NCBI GenBank assembly: GCA_043732305.1
Contig: JAYTHU010000061.1
Coordinates: 1-15,751, forward strand
Reading direction: 5' to 3'
DNA length: 15,751 nucleotides
From: Oligoflexia bacterium
Lineage (GTDB): Bacteria; Bdellovibrionota; Bdellovibrionia; JABDDW01
A model generated the notes under the pieces. It ran no database searches and had not been told where the DNA came from. It saw nothing but the letters and a program-made list of their open reading frames with translations. Shown here piece after piece: positions 7,372 through 15,042 of this stretch (position 1 is its first letter; every line of letters begins with the position of its first letter). The translations under genes and the position numbers were made by a program.

Positions 7372-9213
7372 TCACATTGATTGCGGAGCTTGAATTCCCA
7401 AAAGTGAAAGCCCTTTGAGGAGAATTTCGCGAGTAGACTCAACTAACACAATTCGTGCTTTCTGTGTTTCTACCGGGCCTTCAAGAATTCTATGTTCGTA
7501 ATAAAAAGAACTGAAAGCTTTCGCCAATTCTAAAAGATATTGGGCGATCCAACTTGGTCTGAGTTGATCATGAGCCATCTCCACCACTTCTTCAAAGCGT
7601 CCCATAATCCGTAGCAAATCTTTTTCTAATTTTTCGGTAAGCTCAACAACCTCACTCGCTTTAGGAATTTCTTTATTCCATTTCGCAAGAACACTGGCAC
7701 AACGGACTTGAATGTACTGAACATACGGACCAGTATCGCCATTGAAATCTAGAAGTTTTTCCCAATCAAAATCAATGCTCTTTTGACGATCATTCATAAG
7801 ATCATTAAAAATAACGGCACCCGTTCCAACAGCTTTCGCCACAGATTCTGAATTAGCGAGATCAGGATTTTTAGCTTTGATTATTTCTCTCACCATTTCG
7901 ACGGCTTTATCTAAAACATCTTCAAGCAATATCACATTGCCTCGACGAGTGGACATTTTCCCATCTTTAAACCGATAAAGTCCAAATGAAACGTGATGAC
8001 ATTGCTGAGCCCAATTATATTTCATGAGTTCCAAAACTTTAAACACTTGTCTAAAATGTAAAGTTTGTTCCGCACCCACCACATAAATAAGTCGATCGCT
8101 TTTAAATTCTTCATGTCGATTTAATGCAGCGGCGAGATCACGTGTTGCATAGAGGGTTGCTCCATCCTTTTTTTGAATCAGGCAAGGTGGCATATCAAAA
8201 GGCGTAAGGTCCACCACTTGTGCGCCTTCGCTTTCGATCAGAATAGATTCTTTTTTCAATTTTGTGACAACATCCCCGAGAAGGTCTTCGTAAAAAGATT
8301 CTCCTCGGACGAGATCATGTTTGGTTCCAAGAAGTGTGTAGACTCGTTGATATTCCACAAGAGAAATTTGCACAAAAACTTCCCAAGCGGCGACGATATT
8401 TTTTGTTAGAGGATCGCTTGAATTTTGTTTTCGCGATTCGAGCTTTAAGAAATATTCTCGTCCGTGATCTTCAAGCGAAGGTTCAAAATCTGCAATAGCG
8501 TGGAAGATGACGTAAATAGCAAAAAGATAATCAAAGCCTGGAACTCCATCCGGCTTTTCGGCGTCTTTTATTAATTTCTGCCAAAATTCTGGATCAAAAC
8601 CTTTTTTCTCAATTTCAGCTTGGTGCTTTTCTGCAAATTTCAAAAGTTCGGAATTATTTAAATGAGCCCAAGCAAGTTTCCCAAATTGCACTCCCCAATC
8701 ACCTATGTAGTTGATCCCAACAACTTTATAACCAACCGCTTTGAAAATATTAGAAAGCGACTGACCAATGACTGTCGAACGCAAATGACCAATGCTCATA
8801 GGCTTAGCAACGTTAGGCGAAGAATAATCAATGACAACAGTTTTACCGGCACCTATTTTAAGATTTCCAATTTTTTCTTTTTTGTTTTGAATCTCTGTGA
8901 GGACTTCATCTTGCCACATCCTAGGCTCGAAGAAAAAATTCAGATATCCGCCGACCACTTGAGTGCTCTTGAACCCCGAAGGCAATGCATAAGTACCAAG
9001 AGTTTGCGCGACTACGGCGGGATTTTTTTTCAAGATTTTAGAGACTGCAAAACAGGGAAACGCTAAATCGCCGTGTGCCGAATTTTTCGGAAGCTCAAGC
9101 AAATCAGCAATTTGCTGTTCAGTAAAATGTGAATTTTGGCTCTCATTTGAGAGTAAAATAGCAATATTTGCAGCCAAGGGCGAGGCCAATTTGTTTTTCA
9201 TTTTTGTCAACAT
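7372..9213 (-). CDS. argS: Arginine--tRNA ligase
   Basis: HGDLAFPCF and GYLNF N-terminal domain motifs; DYSSPNVAKPMSIGHLRS (HIGH variant), GDWGVQFG, LYATRDLAA, KMSTRRG, GDTGPYVQY, LGIQAPQSM C-terminus. Start may be ATG 9213 or 9201. Confidence 0.98.
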   Translation of the reverse strand: MLTKMKNKLASPLAANIAILLSNESQNSHFTEQQIADLLELPKNSAHGDLAFPCFAVSKILKKNPAVVAQTLGTYALPSGFKSTQVVGGYLNFFFEPRMWQDEVLTEIQNKKEKIGNLKIGAGKTVVIDYSSPNVAKPMSIGHLRSTVIGQSLSNIFKAVGYKVVGINYIGDWGVQFGKLAWAHLNNSELLKFAEKHQAEIEKKGFDPEFWQKLIKDAEKPDGVPGFDYLFAIYVIFHAIADFEPSLEDHGREYFLKLESRKQNSSDPLTKNIVAAWEVFVQISLVEYQRVYTLLGTKHDLVRGESFYEDLLGDVVTKLKKESILIESEGAQVVDLTPFDMPPCLIQKKDGATLYATRDLAAALNRHEEFKSDRLIYVVGAEQTLHFRQVFKVLELMKYNWAQQCHHVSFGLYRFKDGKMSTRRGNVILLEDVLDKAVEMVREIIKAKNPDLANSESVAKAVGTGAVIFNDLMNDRQKSIDFDWEKLLDFNGDTGPYVQYIQVRCASVLAKWNKEIPKASEVVELTEKLEKDLLRIMGRFEEVVEMAHDQLRPSWIAQYLLELAKAFSSFYYEHRILEGPVETQKARIVLVESTREILLKGLSLLGIQAPQSM

Positions 9214-9278
9214 TGAAGTTAGTTTTATCTTAAAAACGGAGAATTAACATAAATAATATTACGAAATTTAAAAAAATC

Positions 9279-9307
9279 TTGACCCTAAATTTATTCGTTA
9301 TTAGGCT
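9279..9307 (+). promoter_or_regulatory. sigma70-type promoter of hup with AT-rich UP-like element
   Basis: TTGACC (9279-9284)-17 bp-TAGGCT (9302-9307), preceded by a very AT-rich tract at 9243-9278. RBS GGAGG at 9341-9345. Confidence 0.7.
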
Positions 9308-9353
9308 GATCTTCCTAAAACACCAAAAACTTACGATTCCGGAGGATTCTCAA

Positions 9354-9626
9354 ATGAACAAAGCTCAACTCGTCGACAAAATCTCTACTGATGCCAAATG
9401 TACAAAGGCACAGGCCGAAAACATTCTTGATACTACATTGGAAGCTATCAAAAAGACTGTGGCCAAGGGAGACGACGTGAAACTTGTGGGATTTGGAACT
9501 TTCAGCCGTGGAAAACGTAAAGCTCGCGTTGGACGCAATCCCCAAACCGGTGCCGAAATTCAAATTCCTGCTAGCAAAATTCCTAAATTCAAAGCTGGAA
9601 AAGAATTCAAAGATATTTTGAACTGA
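9354..9626 (+). CDS. hup: DNA-binding protein HU (90 aa)
   Basis: MNKAQLV...VKLVGFGTF...RKARVGRNPQTGAEIQIPASKIPKFKAGKEFK is the HU signature. True start is ATG 9354 after GGAGG; the track's TTG at 9279 is the -35 box. Confidence 0.97.
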   Translation: MNKAQLVDKISTDAKCTKAQAENILDTTLEAIKKTVAKGDDVKLVGFGTFSRGKRKARVGRNPQTGAEIQIPASKIPKFKAGKEFKDILN

Positions 9627-9739
9627 TTTTAAATCCTAAAACTGGAGGCAATATCCACTAGACCGACTGCCAAAGCCACAAGGCGGGAATTCTGACTGAT
9701 GATAGAAGCCAAAGCAACCATCCGGATTTGCCAGAGACG

Positions 9740-9772
9740 AAAAGCCAAGCTTAACAGACTGGCTTTTTTTTT
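9740..9772 (+). terminator. Intrinsic terminator downstream of hup, possibly bidirectional
   Basis: AAAAGCCA-agcttaacagac-TGGC followed by T9. The minus strand gives the same hairpin followed by TTTT. Located between convergent genes. Confidence 0.85.
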
Positions 9773-9884
9773 CGCTTTATCGATTGTCACTCACTTCCTA
9801 TCGTGTTCTGACGCCCATTCCTAACCCGCCCACTCTCCGCAACGAAGGCCGTTAAGTTTTAGCCCTACAAAAAACGGGATTTCC

Positions 9885-9933
9885 GATTCGAATCAAAGGA
9901 GATTCGAGTCACAGGGGGATTCGAGACTTGAGG
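9885..9933. repeat. Three imperfect 16-17-bp tandem repeats with GATTCGA core
   Basis: GATTCGAatcaaagga / GATTCGAgtcacagggg / GATTCGAgacttgagg, starting at 9885, 9901 and 9918. Confidence 0.65.
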
Positions 9934-9958
9934 TAACTTCTAAATTGGTAAATAGAAC

Positions 9959-11590
9959 TTATTTTTTGATATTTTTGAGATCTGCTTCTAAACTCTGTAA
10001 TATTTTTTTGAAATCTTGCCGTACCTGTTCGGGGCCCGAGTCTGCACTAGCTACAGTTCTCGACGAACCCATTTTAGAAGCGTAAGATTTGGAAACTTCA
10101 GTGAGTTTAGACTTTGCTTTTGCATATTTCCCAATTGAACCCGGATAAATCAGAGTTTTTGGATTTTGTTTTTCCAACCACTGAGTAGACGCGGTCTTTT
10201 GCAGAAAATTCTTTCTCCACTCAGCAAAAGCAGTGTTCCAAACCTTTTTCTTATCGGCTTTTTTGCCAATGTTAATTCTTGGATTTGCTTTCGAAAAAGC
10301 TTTAGCTAGCTCCCCGTCTGCTTTGGCTAAAAATTTAACTCCGTCTAAAAGAGCCATGCGCTCTTTCTTTTCTTGGATCGTTAAATCCCCTCGATGCTTC
10401 TCAAGCTTTGCGACAAGTGCGCTATCATGAACTCCAATGAGCAAATTAGATTGAGATGAAAGCGTACCGGCAATTGCTTTGACTCTGTAATCTCCATAGG
10501 GCAAATCTTCTTTGACCAGATCCAGCGTCGGCATTTGGCCGGAAACAACCGTGACGTCTTTCTCAATGACTAAACGAGGATAATTTAAAATTCTCCCGTA
10601 TGCGGCAGACAATTCAACTTTGATCACAGATCCAGCAGGTAAATTAGTTTCAAACGCAAGCTGCGGTCTCGAAGGAGTATTCGCTTTAATGGCGATCACT
10701 TTCAATTGCGGAGTAATCACAGCTGGCACCACTGAAGGAACAGATTTGTTTGCGCTAACAGCGAACGTTGATGAAGTTTTTGTGACCGTTCCGTGTCCGG
10801 AAGATTCAATCATTGTTTGCTTGTAAGCATTCAAACCAAAATAAGCCATAACCATTCCCAGTGCTGCGCCAGAGCTTGCAATAATCAAACGTTTTCTACC
10901 AGAGGACTTCGGCGGATCAAATTCCGAAAGCGGATCTGCTTTTGGAATCGGCAATGGAATTTCCTTCTGAGGTTTTTCAGTTTCATGTATGGGGTTTAAT
11001 TTAGGAGCATCTAAATGCATTTCTTGAGCTGGCGCGCTGACTTCTGGTCTGATTCCAGGTTGAGTTTCTTGAGATTGAAACTCCAGAGCTTCCTGAAATA
11101 CCTTTTCGCCCACCTCTGCATCAACAACAATTCCAGGAGCAGTCATTGGATCAATCATGCCTTTACGACGATTGAACTCTTCAAGCTCTCCAAGTTTTTG
11201 CCAACCTGAAAGACTTTTATTCCAAACTTGGTCGTCATATTTAACTTCGTGTTTGTCTATTTTTTCAATGATTTGTTCTTTGGTGTATGGACCACTTTGA
11301 ATACTCTCACCATCTTTTCTAGCGGAAAGTAGCCATCCATTAAACTGAGCATCTTCACTGTATTTAGATTCCACGGGAATTTCAGTGCTGCGAGTTTCTG
11401 CGTCTCCCTCAAGTCGTCTTTCGAGATCCTTTATTTGACTGATGGGAGTCCATTGGGAAAGCCCGGGCTTATAAACAAAATCAGCATAAGTGATTTTACC
11501 CGAAAGTAACATTGCTTTTACGTCATCTACCGAATGTGGTCCCACCGCTTTATTTTCAATGACCACGTACCAGTTTTTTTCGCTTTCCAA
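9959..11590 (-). CDS. Bitopic membrane protein with two N-terminal GYF_2 (DUF4339) domains
   Basis: TTG start with AAGGGG RBS. Two W..........GP.....+..+.....I...D.V+...LS.W units (about res 7-56 and 86-140), a Pro/Glu-rich linker, RKR + TM helix (LIIASSGAALGMVMAYFGL), a beta-rich domain and a basic helical C-terminus. Confidence 0.85.
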   Translation of the reverse strand: MESEKNWYVVIENKAVGPHSVDDVKAMLLSGKITYADFVYKPGLSQWTPISQIKDLERRLEGDAETRSTEIPVESKYSEDAQFNGWLLSARKDGESIQSGPYTKEQIIEKIDKHEVKYDDQVWNKSLSGWQKLGELEEFNRRKGMIDPMTAPGIVVDAEVGEKVFQEALEFQSQETQPGIRPEVSAPAQEMHLDAPKLNPIHETEKPQKEIPLPIPKADPLSEFDPPKSSGRKRLIIASSGAALGMVMAYFGLNAYKQTMIESSGHGTVTKTSSTFAVSANKSVPSVVPAVITPQLKVIAIKANTPSRPQLAFETNLPAGSVIKVELSAAYGRILNYPRLVIEKDVTVVSGQMPTLDLVKEDLPYGDYRVKAIAGTLSSQSNLLIGVHDSALVAKLEKHRGDLTIQEKKERMALLDGVKFLAKADGELAKAFSKANPRINIGKKADKKKVWNTAFAEWRKNFLQKTASTQWLEKQNPKTLIYPGSIGKYAKAKSKLTEVSKSYASKMGSSRTVASADSGPEQVRQDFKKILQSLEADLKNIKK

Positions 11591-11603
11591 AATTGACCCC
11601 TTT

Positions 11604-13181
11604 TTAGAGACGTTCTTCCGGTCTTACCGAGCTTAATTTTAACCTTGAAACCTCAAGAAGGGCATTCAAATAAAACACGGAGAACCCTGATTTTTTATTT
11701 ACGGGCTGACACATCCAAGACTTTAGTCTGTCTGCTTCAAGTTCGCCCTGGATAAAACCGTCGTATATTTTTTGGCCCCAAATTGAGCCCACTATTCGTG
11801 CGGCTTCGAAAAAGTGGAATTGCCGCTTAAATCGAGATTTTTTGAGACGTTTTATTTTATTGCCTGTTTGAAATGCCAGTCGTTCTTTCAATCGATATTC
11901 GAGTGAAATCAAAGAAGTTTGGCTCTGTGCAGCTGTTGGTGAAATAATGGGAAATTTTCGACGGCTGTTTATGATTTTACTAATAAAAAAAGCTATAGCA
12001 TCATTCCAAACTACGGCTTCAAAACACTCTGGCATTTGCAAATGTACATTTTTTTCTTTGCGCAATTGCGCATGAATAAATTGACCGACCAAACTCAAGA
12101 CGTGGTTAGTATCTGTTTTGGTGACGTAGAAAACATTGACCCTTGGAATGAAAAAAGATCGATTCTGATGAATCAATTTCTCAATAAATTTCTTTTCTTT
12201 TTTATTAGTTTTCTTCGATAGATGACTCGCCAACCGAACATCGCCTTTTTTAAAAACATGAAAGTCATAAAACTTCCCCGGCACACCTAAAATCTGACAG
12301 ATCAACTGAGAATATTTATGAATGGAGTCTACTAAATCAGAATTTTCATCACCATCGGTTCGCTTTTCCAAAAAATCCAAATACGATTGCCACTTATACC
12401 AAGGGGGAGTATTAACAATGCAAAACGCATCCTTCCTTAACTGAAGAACTTCTACTTTCTCTTCCAATTTCTTATGAGCAAGCTTCCAATAGAGTCTTTC
12501 GGAATTCTGAAAAATAGATACGATTTTAACTTTTTTGCCCAAAATTTCCCGTGTGAAATGGGGCAAATGGTCTTTGGCCACGTGCAAATCACCGAATAAA
12601 ACGTAAATCAAGGCCTGCGGATTTTTCACTGTAATTTCAGCTATCTTCTTGCTACTTGCCCGATCTCGCTCTTCGAGATCTCCGACCTTGTGAGACGGTT
12701 TTTGATAGTTAATTCCATAAACTTTGAGTTTATTTTTTCGCGCAAAATCAAAGAAAACTTTATAGTTTTCCCAAGGAAAACCCCAATTTTTGACATATTT
12801 TATTTTTTCTAAAAATACTTTTTCGCTGATATCTTCCGCAAGAAATTCTTCGATAACTTTTTGATATTTGGCCTCAACCGATTCAAGAGCCAAAATCAAT
12901 GGCCGTTTAAACCTGACCATTTCACGCAATATTCTCAAATGGGTTCGCTGGCTTTGAGAAAAGGCATGAAAGTCACCGCCGAATACAATGTGTGCTTTGG
13001 AAGCTGCGGCAATCAATTCTTTCTTTGATGAAACTCGCTGGTATTTTTTAAACTCATTTTGATAACGGTGAGCATATTGTGCAAGTTCCCCACTCATGGG
13101 TCCCTGAAGCCGAAGAACATCATTCTTGAGTTGGCGAAGTATAATGCGCTGCATTTTCAAAACCAACTCTCGAGTGCTCAT
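11604..13181 (-). CDS. ChaN-family (EreA/ChaN-like fold) protein without signal peptide, with long C-terminal extension
   Basis: IVFGGDFH, LILALESV, FLAEDISEKVFL...W...WENY..FFDFAR...VYGIN, RD and LFGDLHV match the ChaN pattern. Start uncertain (GTG 13199, ATG 13181 or ATG 13154). 13-bp gap to the GYF gene suggests an operon. Confidence 0.8.
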   Translation of the reverse strand: MSTRELVLKMQRIILRQLKNDVLRLQGPMSGELAQYAHRYQNEFKKYQRVSSKKELIAAASKAHIVFGGDFHAFSQSQRTHLRILREMVRFKRPLILALESVEAKYQKVIEEFLAEDISEKVFLEKIKYVKNWGFPWENYKVFFDFARKNKLKVYGINYQKPSHKVGDLEERDRASSKKIAEITVKNPQALIYVLFGDLHVAKDHLPHFTREILGKKVKIVSIFQNSERLYWKLAHKKLEEKVEVLQLRKDAFCIVNTPPWYKWQSYLDFLEKRTDGDENSDLVDSIHKYSQLICQILGVPGKFYDFHVFKKGDVRLASHLSKKTNKKEKKFIEKLIHQNRSFFIPRVNVFYVTKTDTNHVLSLVGQFIHAQLRKEKNVHLQMPECFEAVVWNDAIAFFISKIINSRRKFPIISPTAAQSQTSLISLEYRLKERLAFQTGNKIKRLKKSRFKRQFHFFEAARIVGSIWGQKIYDGFIQGELEADRLKSWMCQPVNKKSGFSVFYLNALLEVSRLKLSSVRPEERL

Positions 13182-13217
13182 AGCAATATTAGGCCACACG
13201 CTTCTTGATAAAGGAAC

Positions 13218-13246
13218 TGGTCATTTTTTAAAACATATCTTAAAAT
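13218..13246 (+). promoter_or_regulatory. Possible sigma70 promoter of the VKOR-DsbA gene
   Basis: TGGTCA-17 bp-TAAAAT, about 20 nt upstream of RBS GGGAG (13266-13270). The region is AT-rich, so a chance match is possible. Confidence 0.4.
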
Positions 13247-13275
13247 TCTAGTAAGCAAAAACAAAGGGAGTGATT

Positions 13276-14457
13276 GTGTTTATTAAAAATGAAAAAATCT
13301 GGAGAGCCAGCGCTGCCATCCTATTGATCGTGTCCGTTTTCTTCTGTTTTTATTTAGCTTACCACCACTACTCACTCCTCTACGGAATGCAATCATCCAA
13401 AAGTTTTTGCAGCATCAACACAAAATTTGATTGCGACGCAGTCAACATCTCCAAATACAGCGAGGTCTATGGAATTCCCATTGCACTACTGGGAGCTTTT
13501 GGTTTTCTGGTCGAACTGATTTTCTTGTTGGGATCAATAGTCTTAGATAACGAAGAAAAAGCCAAAGCCACTCGTATGTTTTTCTATTTGAACTCTATTT
13601 TTGTCGCCGCTTGCGTTATTTTAGGTCTTATTTCCGCGCTTATCCTAAAAACTTATTGTTTTTATTGCATAACGCTTTACGTGTTGTGCTTTGCCACTTT
13701 TTTCTGTGGTTGGAAACTTAAAGAAACTCCATCGTTTAAGTTTTCTAATATTGTCAAAGACCTGAAATCTTGGGTGACTGTTATCTTATTGCTTCTAATA
13801 CCTGCGGGAAGCGTCTTTGCAAATATGGTTTTGCTCGATAATATTTCGAGCAATCTTGGTCCGATGATCGAAAACTCCATTTCAAACTGGGAGCAAAATA
13901 AGAAATTTGATTTCGTTACAACTGGAGAACCTTCTATTGGGCCAGATTCAGCCGCGCTCAAAATTCTAGTGTTTAGTGATTTTCAATGCCCCCATTGCAA
14001 ACATGCAGCACCAAGTCTTCATGCTTTTGCGAATGCTCACAAAGATCAAGTTCAATTGGTTTATCAAAACTATCCTCTCGACTCCGAATGCAACGACAAA
14101 ATGCAAAGTCACATGCATCCCGAATCCTGTTTCTTTGCAAAGGTCGCTATCTGCGCAAACCAACAAGATAAATACGCAGAGACACATGACTGGATATTTG
14201 AACGCCAAGATAATCTTAGTCACGATATGCTCTCGGACTTGATCAAAGATTTAAAGTTGTCCGAAAGTTCAATTAAAACTTGTATGGATAGTTCCGAAGC
14301 TACAAACCAACTTCAGAGACAGGTGGCTCGGGCCAACATGGCTAATGTGGAAGCTACTCCTTCGATTTTTGCAAATGGAAGACTTTTGCCCAATGGGTTT
14401 TTAATTCCGATACTGGAGAGAGCTTTGAATGAAACCTTAGATGGCAAAACTCCATAG
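13276..14457 (+). CDS. VKOR - DsbA/thioredoxin fusion (disulfide-bond formation)
   Basis: VKOR loop cysteines FCSINTKFDCDAV...S...GIP, active-site CFYC and five TM helices, then a DsbA-like domain FSDFQCPHC...YPL...ATPS (cis-Pro). GTG 13276 lies 5 nt after GGGAG; the track's GTG 13270 overlaps the RBS. Confidence 0.92.
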   Translation: MFIKNEKIWRASAAILLIVSVFFCFYLAYHHYSLLYGMQSSKSFCSINTKFDCDAVNISKYSEVYGIPIALLGAFGFLVELIFLLGSIVLDNEEKAKATRMFFYLNSIFVAACVILGLISALILKTYCFYCITLYVLCFATFFCGWKLKETPSFKFSNIVKDLKSWVTVILLLLIPAGSVFANMVLLDNISSNLGPMIENSISNWEQNKKFDFVTTGEPSIGPDSAALKILVFSDFQCPHCKHAAPSLHAFANAHKDQVQLVYQNYPLDSECNDKMQSHMHPESCFFAKVAICANQQDKYAETHDWIFERQDNLSHDMLSDLIKDLKLSESSIKTCMDSSEATNQLQRQVARANMANVEATPSIFANGRLLPNGFLIPILERALNETLDGKTP

Positions 14458-14973
14458 GAATTTCATAAGATCATCGAGCACCACTTTGGTAGGCACTCCC
14501 AGTGATAGAAAAGCTTCGTGGATGATGAACGCCACAAATACAACCATCACGGAAATAAAGAACGCTTTTACGACCCAAATGGTGCTGCGGGCGTCTTCGA
14601 GATCGAGATCTTTTTCAATTGTTTTTACTCTTCTTAAACAGACTTTTAATTCTTCCCAATGCTCTCGAGCTTTGCTGGAAAGCTCGTCTTGCTTGCTTTG
14701 AGCAAGACTAGCAAAGTTTGGTAACGATTTAATGTGTTTGATCGCCATCACCAATTCAATCGTGTGAGTAAATAATCGCGTTGTCCGCTTAGCATAACTT
14801 GGATAGTATTTTTTCTTGTCTTGATAGGCTTTTAAAACAGACTCTGCCTCTTCATAATTTTTTTCTGAAATGAGTGTCAGAATTTGGTATTGAAGACCGC
14901 CCAAATTCGCAGATGTGCCGGGAACTTCAAGCTCTTGCCTTGCTTCATTTTTTCTATCTCGTGCGGTGGACAT
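14437..14973 (-). CDS. Hypothetical helical protein with C-terminal transmembrane segment (~178 aa)
   Basis: ATG 14973 follows GAGGGAG (track start 15024 less likely). Soluble helical N-part, TM IWVVKAFFISVMVVFVAFII, short amphipathic tail. Confidence 0.7.
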   Translation of the reverse strand: MSTARDRKNEARQELEVPGTSANLGGLQYQILTLISEKNYEEAESVLKAYQDKKKYYPSYAKRTTRLFTHTIELVMAIKHIKSLPNFASLAQSKQDELSSKAREHWEELKVCLRRVKTIEKDLDLEDARSTIWVVKAFFISVMVVFVAFIIHEAFLSLGVPTKVVLDDLMKFLWSFAI

Positions 14974-14998
14974 AGCTAAATTCACTCCCTCAATTTCC

Positions 14999-15025
14999 TT
15001 TTCGACCACAATGCCCCAAATCATA
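14999..15025 (-). promoter_or_regulatory. Weak sigma28-like promoter for the 178-aa gene
   Basis: TATGATTT-N11-GTCGAAAA. The -10 box is identical to that at 2701-2708 and similarly placed just before the RBS, but the -35 is poor (5/8). Confidence 0.35.
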
Positions 15026-15042
15026 ACTAGACCTTGGCCTAT

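Noticed and set aside
2718..9648. AAAACTGGAGG present in two intergenic regions (about 2719-2729 and 9638-9648)
   Set aside because: The second copy lacks a correctly spaced sigma28 -10 box and a downstream start codon; an 11-bp match in AT-rich DNA may be chance.
9642..9772. T-box riboswitch for argS (UGGC repeats on the minus strand could pair with tRNA GCCA ends)
   Set aside because: No T-box consensus or stem I motifs, and the hup gene lies between this region and argS.
9794..9922. 6S RNA
   Set aside because: The ends loosely resemble 6S termini (..GTGTTC.. / ..CAC.GGGGATTC), but the paired span is only ~125 nt, no convincing central bubble is visible and there is no clear promoter. Needs an Infernal test.
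9885..9926. TCGAATC(CC) on the minus strand resembling tRNA T-arms or an att remnant; CRISPR-like periodicity
   Set aside because: No GGTTCGA with a paired T-stem, no cloverleaf or CCA end, and no integrase nearby. The 16-17-bp period is far too short for CRISPR and there are no cas genes.
13182..13196. sigma54-like TGGCCTAATATTGCT upstream of the ChaN-like gene
   Set aside because: Spacing is GG-N9-GC, not the obligatory N10, and it abuts the likely start codon.
1422..14701. Short alternative ORFs in the track (e.g. 1422-1769, 2238-2531, 3465-3674, 6243-6542, 8662-9066, 9315-9563, 10233-11209 set, 13677-14242 set, 14441-14701)
   Set aside because: All lie within or antisense to longer ORFs with recognisable features and show no family motifs of their own; treated as shadow frames.
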